From Trichoplax adhaerens (Eukaryota; Animalia; Placozoa): a DNA stretch of 64,000 bases. A program made the translations under genes and the position numbers. Under the pieces are notes generated by a model. That model worked only from the letters and a program-made list of their open reading frames with translations. It had not been told where the DNA came from and did not search any database. The DNA lies in assembly GCF_000150275.1 (NCBI RefSeq), contig NW_002060948.1, positions 1,015,983 through 1,079,982 of the forward strand, read 5' to 3'. Below, piece by piece: positions 15,101-27,913 of the stretch (the stretch's first letter is position 1; every line of letters begins with the position of its first letter).

Positions 15101-15550
15101 CTAATATAGTACATTATACACGATGAAGAATTTAATATCTTGAAATAGGGAATCGATGAAAATCCTTGATTTTCAGTATGCTTATTGGAGAGTTAGATAG
15201 AGACTACTCATTACTTTCACAGATAGATGCTTACGGTTCTAGTGACTAGGTGATAGTAAGTCAGATAGCAAGCGAGCCATGTCAAAAGTTTGTAAAAGCA
15301 TAAAATTGCTATTTCTAAGAATATCCATATTCTTTGTCTTTTATTATCAGCTCGATTGCGACCGAAACCAAAATCTCCATCAACTAATAGTCCAGCCAAA
15401 GATAAAAAATACGATTTAAAGAGGCGAAGAAGTACTCGTGTAATCGTCACTAATAGTAAACCTCGCACTCCTACCACTGGCAAAGGACGTCAGTCGAGGG
15501 TACAAAACTATAGTCTATCGCCAAATAAAGGAGCAAAAAAGGGCAAGTAA
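12139..15550 (+). CDS. CXorf65/C22orf15-family small protein (probably ciliary/testis-type); 5 coding exons
   Basis: Exons 12139-12166, 12422-12508, 13150-13269, 14628-14702 and 15351-15550 splice in frame (all phase 1, GT-AG): MTFITVKFGDNKSEIFNPNCRNTSLIDNIKERC...ISLSDERG...YASNYLEPRGVFILIKIEK...TYTPLLDSL...ARLRPKPK...KKGK. Resembles recalled CXorf65 (MFIFIKHGDNQQFLVNTNC...YASKYL) and C22orf15, with a basic C-terminal tail. Confidence 0.75.
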
Positions 15551-16750
15551 TCTTTGTTAACGGTTTTATTTTGGCGTGATGTACTTGTTGAAGGAATCAT
15601 AAATTAGATGAATTAATGGCATCATGTATGATATTGTAATGCATGATAACTGTGCTACAGATCTGATATCAGATTTATCGTTATTTGGTCCTTGTGTTCT
15701 ATTGTGAAGTGAGGAAATGGTTATTCCAACCAAATATTAATGCTGAAATCTAAAATATTATTATTAATTAATTTTTCAATGCTACGCTAGAGGTGTAATC
15801 GTATGATCGTGATTTAATTGTAACGCTTATTATTTCTCAGGATACAAAATACATAGTACAGTTAATGAAGTAAGATCGAATTAGCGGTATCTTAGATCAA
15901 TATTGACAGTATTTATGTTACTCTACATAAGACAAGAAAACGATACATTATGTCGTTATGCCGTATTCCGAGATTAACCATATGAGTGTGATACAAAAAT
16001 AGATTTTACATTTTAGTTTCTAACACCGGCTTATATAAATGCCACAGGCACATAAGTTTTATTCAAATATTTTGTAAAAATTTACGCACTTTTTGGCAGG
16101 TACAACATAAAAAGCATTTTTAAAATCTGTTCTACTGGAAGTTTTAAAGCTACAATTTAAACGATTGGATAAATAGTAACAAACATTTGATAACTTGATT
16201 AGTAGCTTAAAACTAAGTACATGTGTTCTAAAATTAATCTTGTTTCATCATCAGCGGGAGCTTTAGGCTATTATTGCATAAATTATTCAAAAATATGCAT
16301 GCAAAATAAAATATTAAAAAATGTAACGCTCAACATTTCTTCAACTGGGAGAAACAAATTACTGCAAATTTGATGCTTAACTATATACTGTAGTAATATC
16401 GAATAGTCAGATCTAATGTTTCTTTAGGATATTTAAATTTCTTATAGATTTATAGCTATCATTGATGTTGTACAGGAATATAATATCGTAATATTGCTGC
16501 AGTTTCTAACTGTAGTAGGTAACAGTGAAAATCTTTCAAAAACGGAAAATTATGTTGGGTTTTGAATTGAGTTAACCGATACCCGAAAATTGATTTTTCG
16601 CTGAAAATACGGTCGTAGAATCCAAAATCACATTGGATACGCCAAACAGCAGTCGACACAATTTGCATTAGAACTTTAAGATATATAGTGGTTATAAATG
16701 CTGTAAGATCCCTACCGTATTTTGAAAAATTTTAAGACAATTTTTTGTTT

Positions 16751-19700
16751 TCATGATATGGTTGATTTATTGTTCATAAAGGGCCGTAGAACTTCAGGAA
16801 TTTTAATACTACCGTCCTGTAAGATACACGGAAATTGAGGAACTTAATGATTTTACTGATTATGACGCGAAAAAGGTGTTGACTTGCATAAAGTATCTTT
16901 CAAATCAAAATCGATCATATTTCGTATATGCATGACTACAATCAAGGAGGTTTTAGATCGTGTAATTTTATTGCTTTACTATTTAAATTTCGTTATAACC
17001 TGCTGTTGAAAATTCTCTAGAATGCTGATAATCAGTCTTGGAATAGCACATGCAGTAGCATTAACCTAAATGTTATACGAGTTGAAAAATGAACGCTTTA
17101 AACACAAAATTGTAATCGTACTTTATAAATATCAAAACTTTCTTAAAATTTATATTTACCAAAGTGGTATTTAGTGAATAACATACCGTATGGACAAACT
17201 GACGACCTCTATGCTTAGCTTTAGAACCTTTATATTGGATGTTTAGGCGTCTACTTTGATAATCTGTGCAGTTAGAGGCACTAGATATCTGCACAATAGT
17301 AAGATTATGATCGTAAATTATTTTGTCTATGAGTAAATAAAACAGACTAGTGGGATTCTAAATAATAAACAGTTATGAAAAGATAAGTTAAAATATATTC
17401 ATTCCGCTATATAATTATCCTTACTTCACCATAATTATTTCTGCCTGGCATCCAAGCTTCAATATCGAATTTTCTATAGGCTGAGCTGCTAAGTTCTGCC
17501 GTAGGCATGTCTAAAATTCTGATATAAGTAAGCCAAAAGAATGCATATAATATATATTTTATGTTTGCCGAATTTAGAGTTGTCTATGATTTACCTAGCA
17601 TGTAAGCCTAAGTTCGAATAAAGATCTTTTTGTATCTCCACAAACTCATTAAACAACGCGTCGCTTTCATTGTGACCTTCATTAGTAGTTATACCAAACA
17701 TTTCCACCTGTCGTGTAATGTTATAAGTTAGTGAGTGATAGATTCGTGTAAGTGCAAATTACGGGTAGTAGAACTATATTGTATTAGTAACATAATGATG
17801 TACTTTTGTAAATTGATGTAAACGATACAAGCCGCGCTCTTCGGAAGTGTGTCTCGCTTTAGTAAAGAATGATAACAGTATCGTTAATATTAAGTTAATT
17901 TTTACTAAAAGCAATAGATTTTATCACTAGATATATACTATAATATACCAGCTTCAGCGCGAAAGCAGTGGCTAACGGCTACATATCTGCAATGCAAAGT
18001 GCACGCCTTAATTACTAATTAATTAAAGTTTGGGTAAGTTACCAGTATGCTTGAAAACAATGATATATTTACTCTTTTGTCACTATGTGCTATATATCTG
18101 TATATTTGTGCAGTGTATGGAATATACTTATTTCTAACCTTAAAGGGAGATCTTTCGCGTCTAACATTGAATCCATAAACATTCCTAAAAATGCAAAGTG
18201 CTTACTTATAAAATCAATGTTCCAATGAATATTTTTATACTTACCGCATAAAGGGATTTCTGAAGTTCCAGCGAGGCGTAATTCACCGTGGCTGGGATCA
18301 AGGCTATATATCTTTTCATATTAAATAAAATTGTAACTACAACGTGGGATTTTTATTTGATACGCATGTATGAGGCTAATGAACACGGTTTTTACTTTCG
18401 TAGCTTTTCAATACCTGAGCATGTTCAGTTCTTGGATGATATCCACATCCTTCCTAAATTGACATATAGTATGAAAGAGAATCTTTCATTATAGTTAAAT
18501 ACTATGCGGTTGCGCATAAAGTTTTATAAGTAAAATTGACGTTAACTTACTATAAGCCTAGGTTTGACGATATCTGGAGGCAGAATTGTAGTAAAACCCT
18601 AGAATGAAGAGAAGTCAAATGATAAAGTATTTCACTTGTGAAACTTTAGTAGGAGCGCACTGAAGTTATATGAGGCAGTAGCCATCTAAGAATACCTTCT
18701 GTGTAAGCTTTTGGATTGCGTACTGAATAATTGCCAACTCCAATAGAGCGGCATCTCCTAATAAATAGCAAAATTTCGGATCGCTCTGAAGTGCTGCAGA
18801 TCTAAATTCGATATTAATAGTAGTTAGCTGCTTATAATAGACGATCTATTTGATAGTAAGTCAATCGAATTTTGAAAAATGGTAGACAAGTTACGAGTTA
18901 ATTAAGCTATTGCATATACCGAAATAAATTCAATTTTTCGCCAATTTGTATATGATTTTTCAAATCCAAGTCAAATACTAAAATGATGAATGGGATAATT
19001 GTGCAGTGTTATTACATCATTCGTTTTTATAAGTTTACCTGATTGATTGAAATAAATAATCTGGAGAGATATACTAATCAATCGTAACTTGCATTACAGA
19101 CCAGGTTTATCTCCAAAAGTGCTTAAAATGGTTGCATTTTCTTCGTCTCCAATTGGCTTTAGCAAGAGAAAATGAAGTTCTACATGAGACTGTCACAAAA
19201 ATTGATATTCAGACATTATTTTACCGTATCTGGGTGAGTATCATTCGGAATTTTCGACGCAGCTTCAAACAACTGATTTTCGTAATGTAATTTTGTATCC
19301 TGTGATGCCATAGATTTCAATTTTAGTATTAGAAATTTAAAACTTTACACCATTATTTTAGAGCGCGATAGTGATGTACAGTACAACTTAGGATATGTCT
19401 AATTCGACCTGTATATATACTGTGCAATGATGCTTATTTTAAGGTATTAATCAATGAATTAAAAGCGATATGGTGTTTTACTTCCCTACCTCCAGTTGTG
19501 GCATTTTCTCTTTTATTTTCTTACCTAAATCGACAAGTTTTACATAGTCATCCTCACCTTTTTTGACCTATTAAAAAACAGGGCTAGTTAAGTATTGCTT
19601 TATCTGCACCACCTCGTGTTTTGTAGAGATTATCTATTTTATTGGTTAACTATTCACCTCTTGTAGCTTAATTTTCTTTGATATTTCATTTCTCTCATGT

Positions 19701-20595
19701 CGTAATGCAGAAATTTCTGTACATATTTTGCCAAATTTGTTATGCAATTTTACCTGATAACATAGATGGATATTTAACTGTCTTAATTTTTGAAAAGTTA
19801 TAATATACTCGTACTGACGTTATAATATGTTGATTAGGGACTAATTTAGGGTAATCTTTAATTTTCTTAGTTGTGGCATATACTTGTATTTTTACGTCTG
19901 CTGCAGTCAGTCATGGCAAGGAAATAGACGTGAACTAGATGGAATTTTGACTCCAAAAAAGAGTCAATTTTCATTGACACTCTATAGTCTGTACTATTCT
20001 GTAAGATGAGCAAAAATGCTTGCGACAAATGAAATCTTTAACTTTAGTGTGCTCAATTTCATTCATACAGCTATAGTCTATAAAGCATAAACTGTAACGA
20101 ACTTTGCATGGACTGTCCGCGCGTAATCTTAGTTGTTGAAAGCTTTATCTGAGAGTACAGTAATAATGGTACTTGATAATTCTGAAAATGATTTCATTCT
20201 ACAGTATTTTAGTCTACAGTTTGCTATGAACATTAACTTTATCAAATTGATGATATTGGTATTGAGCGGAAGTGATTGCATGTAATACTGTACAGTATAT
20301 AGCAATCTTCGTTTAGCAACTATCCAAGATCTGCTAATATGCATAAGCCAATCAGTAGTTTCTCAGCCTTTTATAGCCTATTCAACTCTTTTCTTACCAC
20401 TTCGTCAATGTCAGCATCACAACATCGATTCTTAATATTTTCACGTATAATATCAGTTTTTTTTCGATAATAATCGAAATCAAATATGGGTCTATAGCCA
20501 ATGCCATCTTTTCGAAATAAATATGAAGAGAGAGCCTTGCAATGGATTCGGCAAGAGCTCGGTGTGATCCACCTCCGGCGCACTGCTTTCATCAT
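16751..20595 (-). CDS. SARS2: Seryl-tRNA synthetase, mitochondrial; multi-exon
   Basis: Arg-rich presequence [11 protein letters not shown]...; class II SerRS motifs [35 protein letters not shown]|[22 protein letters not shown]|[14 protein letters not shown]...; stop TGA at 16751-16753. Confidence 0.93.
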
Positions 20596-20850
20596 GGCGT
20601 TGATGGTTAATTTTTAATCTACCTTAAACTTAATATTGGATGGGAAAATTTTATAATCTACTATAATATAACCTAATGGTAGCACAGGATAAGAGTTTTA
20701 ATGAATTAATTGCATCAAGTCAATTCTTTTAGCCGTCGTAGATTGCAATAATTTTCTCAGCTTATAATTCAGATGCTCTAGTCTCTCTCGATTTCATTCA
20801 TTGCAGCTAACGTGGAGCGGATTGCAGACTTTTTAACAGGGAGCCTCGCG

Positions 20851-21051
20851 GTACGGACTGTGCACTGTACTATACAGTACAGTACCGTACGATTAGTTTT
20901 ACTGTACGTCTGTACATCTTGTCCGTATAGTATGGTACTGTACTGTAGTGTTACATGTTATACTGTAGTAACTGTACTGTACTGTACTGTACAGTGTACA
21001 GTGTACAAGATGAGACACATTGTACTGTACTGTACACTGTATTGTACTGTA
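20851..21051. repeat. Degenerate (ACTGT/ACAGT)n pentamer array in the SARS2/SPATA7 divergent promoter
   Basis: Dense tandem actgt/acagt units, e.g. actgtactgtactgtactgtacagtgtaca. Explains spurious ORFs 20812-21201 and 20899-21108. Confidence 0.85.
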
Positions 21052-21061
21052 GGCCATCGAG

Positions 21062-21074
21062 GTCGCTATGATAC
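21062..21074 (+). promoter_or_regulatory. RFX X-box-like site GTCGCTATGATAC upstream of SPATA7
   Basis: 13-bp variant of GTYNCYATRGNWAC, ~210 nt upstream of the predicted ATG of a ciliary gene homolog. Confidence 0.4.
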
Positions 21075-21281
21075 ATGTATGAGACTTCTGAATCGAATCA
21101 CTCAACATTCCAACGACTTTTTTAGCCGTGGCAGTTCATTTCTCAAAGTTCCCACGTACTGTTTACATTGGAAAATTAAGTTATTCGAAAATAAATCTTA
21201 ATTTGGATCAATAAGCGATTGGAATAAGCATCTTTCTAGAGTTCTCGACGATGTCATGGTGGTGATTATCAAATTTCTAAG

Positions 21282-23812
21282 ATGATTAAGCGCCAATCGG
21301 GTAAAATGAAATGATGGTATTTCAATAATGCTTTAAATCAGTCAATTAACATGGACTAGTAAGAAGACAGTAAAATAATGATCACCTAAACCTGTTTATC
21401 CATGCTCAATGAACAGGAATGGTTTACTATCATTGCTAATATTAGTTTTCTCTGTACTATATACTGTCATCAATTTGGATGGTATTGAAATAGAAGTAAT
21501 CATTGAAATAAAGTAGTCATACAATAACAGAATATATTACATGATTCAATGAAAAGCGCAAAAAGGATTCAATTTTGATAGAGATAGAATAATGATTATC
21601 TTAATTTATGGAAAGTAATAATATTACAGCTTTAAAGGATAATCCATGGAAGACCGGGAAGGGTAAGAAGGAGGCACAATTGAGCTTACAACGAAGCGGT
21701 AAGGATGATCCATTCGTAATTTGAATTATTTGCCTACGCTATAATTGATAGTTTTCATAACACACCAAACAAGCTTTTACGTAATATTGTAATGATAAAC
21801 GATTAACGTTAATAGGCCATATCTTGCTATTAGTTTAATTCATTCATTTTTGTATTCAGTTTAATATACCTGTGCATACAGTAGTTAATTATAATAGTAC
21901 GCCAGACTATGAAAATGAGTGCTTAATTAATAGGCTCGTATTATCATGGCTTCTACTGTTAGTTTTAATGATGCGTCAGAGTATGAGAACTAATGGCTTA
22001 ATATTATATACTCGTATTATAATCGTAGGTTTTATCCCCAAAACTGTTAGCACGACTGGAGGTCATGATATCGTTAGCAGCCATATGAAATCTCATTACA
22101 ATCGAATTACCGGTGCTAAATGTAATTTTAAAAAATAATACTTTGCTATCCCAATTTTTCTTGTACGCTATTATTATCCTTCAAATGCACATTAAAACTT
22201 TTATTATTATCCTGTCTCGTTATCCGCTATACTAATACTGTTATCTTGCTTTAGCACGAACTGATACGTCTGCTCCAAAATCTCTTGTTGTCAATCCAAG
22301 GCGTAAGATAAATATCATTTAATCTCAATAACCATTAAAAGAGATTAATACCTTCATTTTGTTTTCGACTGTAGGCCATAGTCGTAAAGGAACCTCAACA
22401 TTTGATTCTACAGGTTCCGTATATGCTGGACTGCCCCAATCTGCACGTAGCATGAAAGGACGTAGTCTACTAAATTCACGTCCTATGTCTGCTCGTACTG
22501 CGCCAGAAACAAGCACAAAGGATGTTAATAAGAGTACTACCAAGGTTGTACTTGTATTGTATGTACAATAAATATAACTAAGATTTGTATGTTATATTGC
22601 CTTTTTACAATAGATATGGATCCCTTAAAATCACTAACGTATTAAACTAAACTATAGGAACAGGGGAGCAATTATAAGCGGAAAGTGTCTCAAAAGAAAT
22701 CAAAATCTGCAATAGCTGTCGATGTGAATTCTACAAATATAGCTGATACACCCGTTATGTCAAATTATAATGATCATCCTACACCTGATATGAATGAACA
22801 AGACGAAGCCGACGATGGACCTTCTAAGTAATATAACTCATAGATGATAAAATGAATAAAAATGTTTTTTATGTTACTGACTTGATATTGCTTCAATTTA
22901 ATTAGAGAAAAATTGGCAGAATATTTGATCTTAAAATATGGTGTTAAATCGAGTAAGAAAGCTAAGCAACAAGAGCGTAAAGGACAACAATCGCAGCTGT
23001 TTTCAAATAGTGTACAAAAAGTCCCATCTAGGTAGAGTCATCTGTCATATTGAAACCATTTTCAGGTTTAAAATCTCACTTAGCCTGTATTACGATAAAA
23101 ATCTTAGAATTACGCATGAGGTTAAGGATGATCCAAATAGAATTACGTCTACAAGATTAGGAAATTATGATTTTCAAGGCAGTAGTGTTAGAGACCCTAA
23201 TAACCTAAGAAGTAATGTCGACAATTGGCTAAACGATGCGAATGCTTCCGTCATGGCAGAAGTGTAAGCTTTTCATAATTACTATTATCACAACTATTGT
23301 AAAATAATATATGGATACTTTAAAATGTACAGAAATTTAGAAATGGAATACTTGAAATTTATGTCTTCCCTCACAACCGATGTAATCTCTCGTGGAATTT
23401 TTTCTGATAGGTACAACTGAGCGTTAGCTCGTTAAGCTGATATAAATTGTTGTGTCCTTAAATTGGTATAATATTTTATTTATTTGTTGCATCCTCTTAC
23501 CTACAGATATATTAATCGTATCATTGAACAGCATATTCGAGACAATAGAGCTACATTAAATGAAGTAAGTCCATATAATAATTTCTTAAGAAGTGTGCTG
23601 TACTGTAGTCAATTAAAGTTTTCAATTTATGCATACATAGGTTACAGTTGTCTACTATTACTACATTTACTGTATTCATGTCAATTTCGGATGATGAATA
23701 GATATAAGTTCAGTAATACTGAAATCCACTTGTTACTTCTCGGGTTATCAACTAGGATCACATGCGTGAATTGACAGAACAATTGAAAAGGGATCTCTGC
23801 ATTCGCGATTAG
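21282..23812 (+). CDS. SPATA7: SPATA7 homolog (ciliary/transition-zone protein); multi-exon
   Basis: N-terminal block IVSSHMKSHYNRITGAK..TDTSAPKS matches recalled SPATA7 LVKNHMAVHYNKILSAKAAVDCSVP. C-terminal block EYLKFMSSLTTDVISRGIFSD|RYINRIIEQHIRDN...HMRELTEQLKRDL matches YLSFIEDVTDEILKLGLFSNRFLERLFERHIKQN...MRHLLHVLKVDL. Stop TAG 23810-23812. Start codon (21282) is less certain. Confidence 0.8.
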
Positions 23813-24042
23813 GATTGTTTCCTCATAATTTAGGAACCTACTTGCGCACTTTGCGCATTACAACTACAGGATGCTCATTTTTAAATATTATAATGTCAAT
23901 CCTCCTTATGTAAATAAACTACAATGTGTTTATCCGATGTTGCTGTGAATTGTATCGAATATTGTAGATCATAGTTTAAATTGTATTTCCAAATCTCCAT
24001 TTTATTTACAAAATTTTTATACACACAATATAAACTATTTTC

Positions 24043-26575
24043 CTAGTTGCTTGACTTTGTCTTCTTTTTTTCTGTATATGATAGAGATAATTTATTAATT
24101 CTATTGATACTAATGAATTGTATGAATTATCGATAATAATATGTACGTATATTATATAAAATTATGTATGGACATACTGCGACTTCGCATCATTTTTTTG
24201 GGAAAATGTCGGTAACTTACTTTTTTGAGGTAATGAGTCTTCGATTACTTCTAATTCATCCCAAACGTCAGAAAGTTCACTATCATTGTCGTCATTTTCT
24301 GCTGTAGTACCACGTTCCCTCTTGCTTTTCTATTGGGAAATGATAGAAGGTAAAAATATGGCATCGTGATATCTACTTCACTTATTATTATGCCTATGAA
24401 CAAAATATTAATGACATGCAGCAAGAGATATCAAACCTTAAATGATTGAGAATGGAATAAAAGACTGTTTAACTTTGATTTCAAGTAAAACTGTGCGAAA
24501 TAAGAAGTGAAAATTCAATTAGAAAATTTGATTATATCAGGTTGAAGTACCCTCATCCATCATACAATAAAAAGAATTCAGGAATTAATAAGGCCGTACT
24601 TTATATCTAGGCTGCCTTGACTCAAGATCAAACACTCTCAAGTGCCTATCTAGCCCACAGGCTGCAATGGCATTTTCAGAGGGATGACAAGCAATTGACC
24701 GAATTGAACCTGTACAGCCTTTAAAATTGCCGACTGGACGTTCTAAATCCAAAAAATATTTTAGTTAATACGCGCTATGACGATTTGCAAACAGTATATC
24801 AACAAGTGTTTATAGCCGAGAACTTTACTTGATTTCAGATCAAATAACGTCATAGTCCCTTTATTATCTCCCACGATAACTCTCCTAGCATTAGAATAAA
24901 TGTTAGTCTCCTTTATCAATAAAGTAAAATGGAATTATACTCAGACAATTAGCGTAGATAAGAAACTTTTACCTTTGCTCAGGCTCGAGTGCGAGGGACA
25001 GAAGCGGGGAATTGCCCAATTCTGTTACAGAAACAGGTCGTCTTTGGGCTCTAGGATCGTAAACTTGAATCTGTGGTATTGGATTGGATTCAGACAATAT
25101 AACAATGTCTTATTTGATATTTAATGAAGGATGCAGCATGAAAGAAATGTTCGACGATACCTTATGATATTTTGATACTGTGATGATTTCTGGTTGCTGA
25201 TGATTACAAGGTAATATTGCAATATTGGTAATCCATACAGGTACTTGTAAACCTAGCGAATCATTTGGCATCTAATATTGAAGGTATTATAATAGTTTAA
25301 TAAGGTTATAACGACACGTATAGAAACTGCTAATATAAAGTGCATAAATACATTTTTTGCTTTAAAGACAGGTTCCTTTGGTTTTGATAAATCCCATAGT
25401 TTTAGATTGTTTTGTTTTCCTCCAGTTGCTACTAACATAGGATTAAGTGGATTAACCGTCATTCTTGAGGTTTGCCCTCCAGTATTTATTTCGGTCTACG
25501 GTGAAGTGATATAGTAATGATCGCGTGAAAATACGTATGATAAGATCGTTAATTAAAGAATATAAAATATATTGCGGTTATCGCCGTACTAGATTAGAGT
25601 TCTCAGAATTGTAGCATAGCTTCCCTGAATCGAAGCAGCCGATGTAGCAACTAATATTAAAATAAAGGTATTAGCTGTGAAGGAGCAGTAACATTTTGTA
25701 GAGAGTAATAAATTTTATTTTAATTTTACCCTTACCCATTGTGATAGTGAAGCCCAGTAAATTGACCTTTACCTACGAATTCGTTCCAGTTTGTAGTATA
25801 ACTGCAAGTATCCGTATTAAAGTGTTTAATGCTACCACTTTGAAATCCTACACATATCTTTGATAAATTGCAACAAAATACTTTAGTATTCTCAACACTC
25901 GCAGAGCTGAAATACGCGTATGTGTATTAACAGGGAATATAGCGCTAGCTAACTAGTGTTTACTGCATGAATTACTAAATATTCATTTAGTAATTCACGG
26001 TTTGCAGCTATAAGGTCAATATTGTTCCTACCTACTCCGAATTGTAAGCAAATAACTTCGTGTACTTACCTCTTTTTCATAAGAATCTGTCCAACACATT
26101 GATAATATTTCTGGTGGGTTATCCGATGCCTTACAGTCTCCATAGCTGGAAGTGGAGTTATCTTTGAGTTGCACCCCTGATATATAAGGAGATAAAGTAA
26201 AGGTAATTACTAAATTATATATATTTACTTTGAGAACGTAATATGGGATGTTCGCCTAATCAGAGTATACAATGTATGTAGTGTAACCGGAATACGATTC
26301 AGGCTGTGCTAATTGACTCATTCCTGCTACCAATATCAGTTAACTTTAAAGATCACTACTCTAACTAGACGTTTTGATTAATTCATTGTGCAGCTGTCCA
26401 CTAGTTATGCTATAACATGTATGCACAAGTACGTATAGTACAATGTATTTCAATTAATATTCAGTATCAATTTATGAAGGACTGTAGTATGAATAATTAA
26501 TTCTGTTATGAGTAAATTTATGAGACCTTTTAAGATGCCAAGCTGACTTCCTATCCATATATTGCAAGGATTCAT
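24043..26575 (-). CDS. WDR74: WD repeat protein 74 (Nsa1 homolog, 60S biogenesis); multi-exon
   Basis: MNPCNIWIGSQLGILKG (cf. human VWVGTETGILKG); ATGGKQNNLKLWDL...FKAKNV|PNDSLGLQVPVW; VYDPRAQRRPV; GNFKGCTGSIRSI..HP...CGLDRHLRV; YLKSKLN; acidic tail WDELEVIE; stop at 24043. Confidence 0.92.
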
Positions 26576-27123
26576 TGGATAAAAATCTAAAACTAAAATG
26601 AAGAAAGGGCAAGTATAATGTATGGTTAGTACAGAGGATGTAGTATCATTTATTATCGTACTAACAGTTGATTACAGTAAACGTTTAGTTTATAATACTG
26701 TATTTATTTTATGAGAAGGGTACAGACGGGTGTTATAATAATGATTCGGAAAATCGATTTTCACATACAGGATTACTGCCATTGGATGTGCAAGTACGAT
26801 TCAATATTACAAACTGTCAGCTAGACAACAGTACTGTAATACAAGATTAAGACCCATGTGCATTTGTGCAGTTATCTATTTACATTACCTTGTAAATCTA
26901 TGCTTGCTATTGTTCAAATTCTATTTCAGTAGATTACTTTTAGGTCTATTAATGCAAATGATATCAGATTTTCGATCAATTCAATTCATCAAGACTCCGC
27001 TTTTAATTTGCGCTAGGGATTGAACCGAGGCCTTACCGGAGGTGTGCAGTAGCTTTTATTAGCTGGTCTTGCAGGCAGGATGTACACGGTAGAGTTTGAG
27101 CGTAGCGAATGTTACGTTGCACT

Positions 27124-27295
27124 TACTGTGCAGTGTTGTACAGTGTACAGTACATGCATGTACTGTACTGTATCAGCCATTTACAGTACTGTACTGTAGT
27201 GTACAGTACAGTACAGTATGGCGCACCTACAGTACAGTACAGTACAGTACAGTACTGTACAGTACTGTGCAGCATGCATGCGAAGTACTGTACAG
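27124..27295. repeat. (ACAGT/ACTGT)n pentamer array in the WDR74/BIRC6 divergent promoter
   Basis: e.g. tacagtacagtacagtacagtacagtactgtacagtactgt; a smaller patch lies at ~27650-27695. Explains spurious ORFs 27096-27362 and 27109-27342. Confidence 0.85.
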
Positions 27296-27520
27296 CGCGA
27301 TTAACTTCGGTGACACTAAGGAAAATAAACTGCGCAGGTTAAATCAAGCCCAAAGTAGGTAAAATCTGATACGTAGATGTAGCCCAATAACTTAGCCTGT
27401 ACATATAGATTTTGGACAGGAGTGTTAACAAATTGCCACTTTGAATTTTCGACACCATCTTGCCATCGAAGTGAATCGCGTTCAGCAGCGAGAGATTGTC
27501 TTATCTTATAATTACTGTAA

Positions 27521-27572
27521 TGGGTCTCAATTGGGTCTCATGTGGGTCTCATGTGGGTCTCATGTAGGTCTC
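27521..27572 (+). repeat. 11-bp tandem repeat (TGGGTCTCATG) x ~4.7
   Basis: tgggtctcaat tgggtctcatg tgggtctcatg tgggtctcatg taggtctc read directly from the sequence. Confidence 0.9.
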
Positions 27573-27913
27573 TGACTCATCAAGTCATTACGGACTACTG
27601 TATGTACGGACTCGATGAAGGCCAGCCAAGGTCCTCAGCACAGTTCATACAATACAGTACTGTACTATACTGAACACTCACTGAACAGTACTGAATGTCA
27701 CAACGACTAGCATACTGCAAAATACGTCAACTGACTGTACCGGGTGCGATTCATTCGCATACTGTGCGTGTTATTTACTGGACGCAACGGGTCAGTCAGG
27801 CCTGGTCAGACGTGAAAATGAACAACTGACTTGTTACTAGTGTGACTGTGTAGTACGTGTTGTTGTGGTCATGCGCCAGCTCAATTCCGACGTCGTCTAA
27901 GAAACGATCAGTC

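Noticed and set aside
20812-21201. ORFs 20812-21201 (+) and 20899-21108 (-), rich in Y/C/T/V
   Set aside because: Translation artefacts of the stop-free ACTGT/ACAGT pentamer array in a promoter. The same applies to 27096-27362 and 27109-27342.
26926-26992. C/D-box-like arrangement (TGATGA...CTGA...CTGA) on the - strand in the WDR74 5' intron
   Set aside because: No C' box, weak terminal stem and no rRNA complementarity I can recognise; expected by chance in AT-rich DNA.
27008-27040. GGTTCAATCCC (B-box/T-loop-like) on the - strand; also considered a U2 snRNA, as at the human WDR74 promoter
   Set aside because: No cloverleaf or A-box, and no similarity to U1/U2/U4/U5. Better explained as the start of WDR74 intron 1 after a CCG|GTAAGG donor.
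27521-27572. CRISPR-like repeat array
   Set aside because: Units are directly adjacent with no spacers, in a eukaryotic context with no cas genes.
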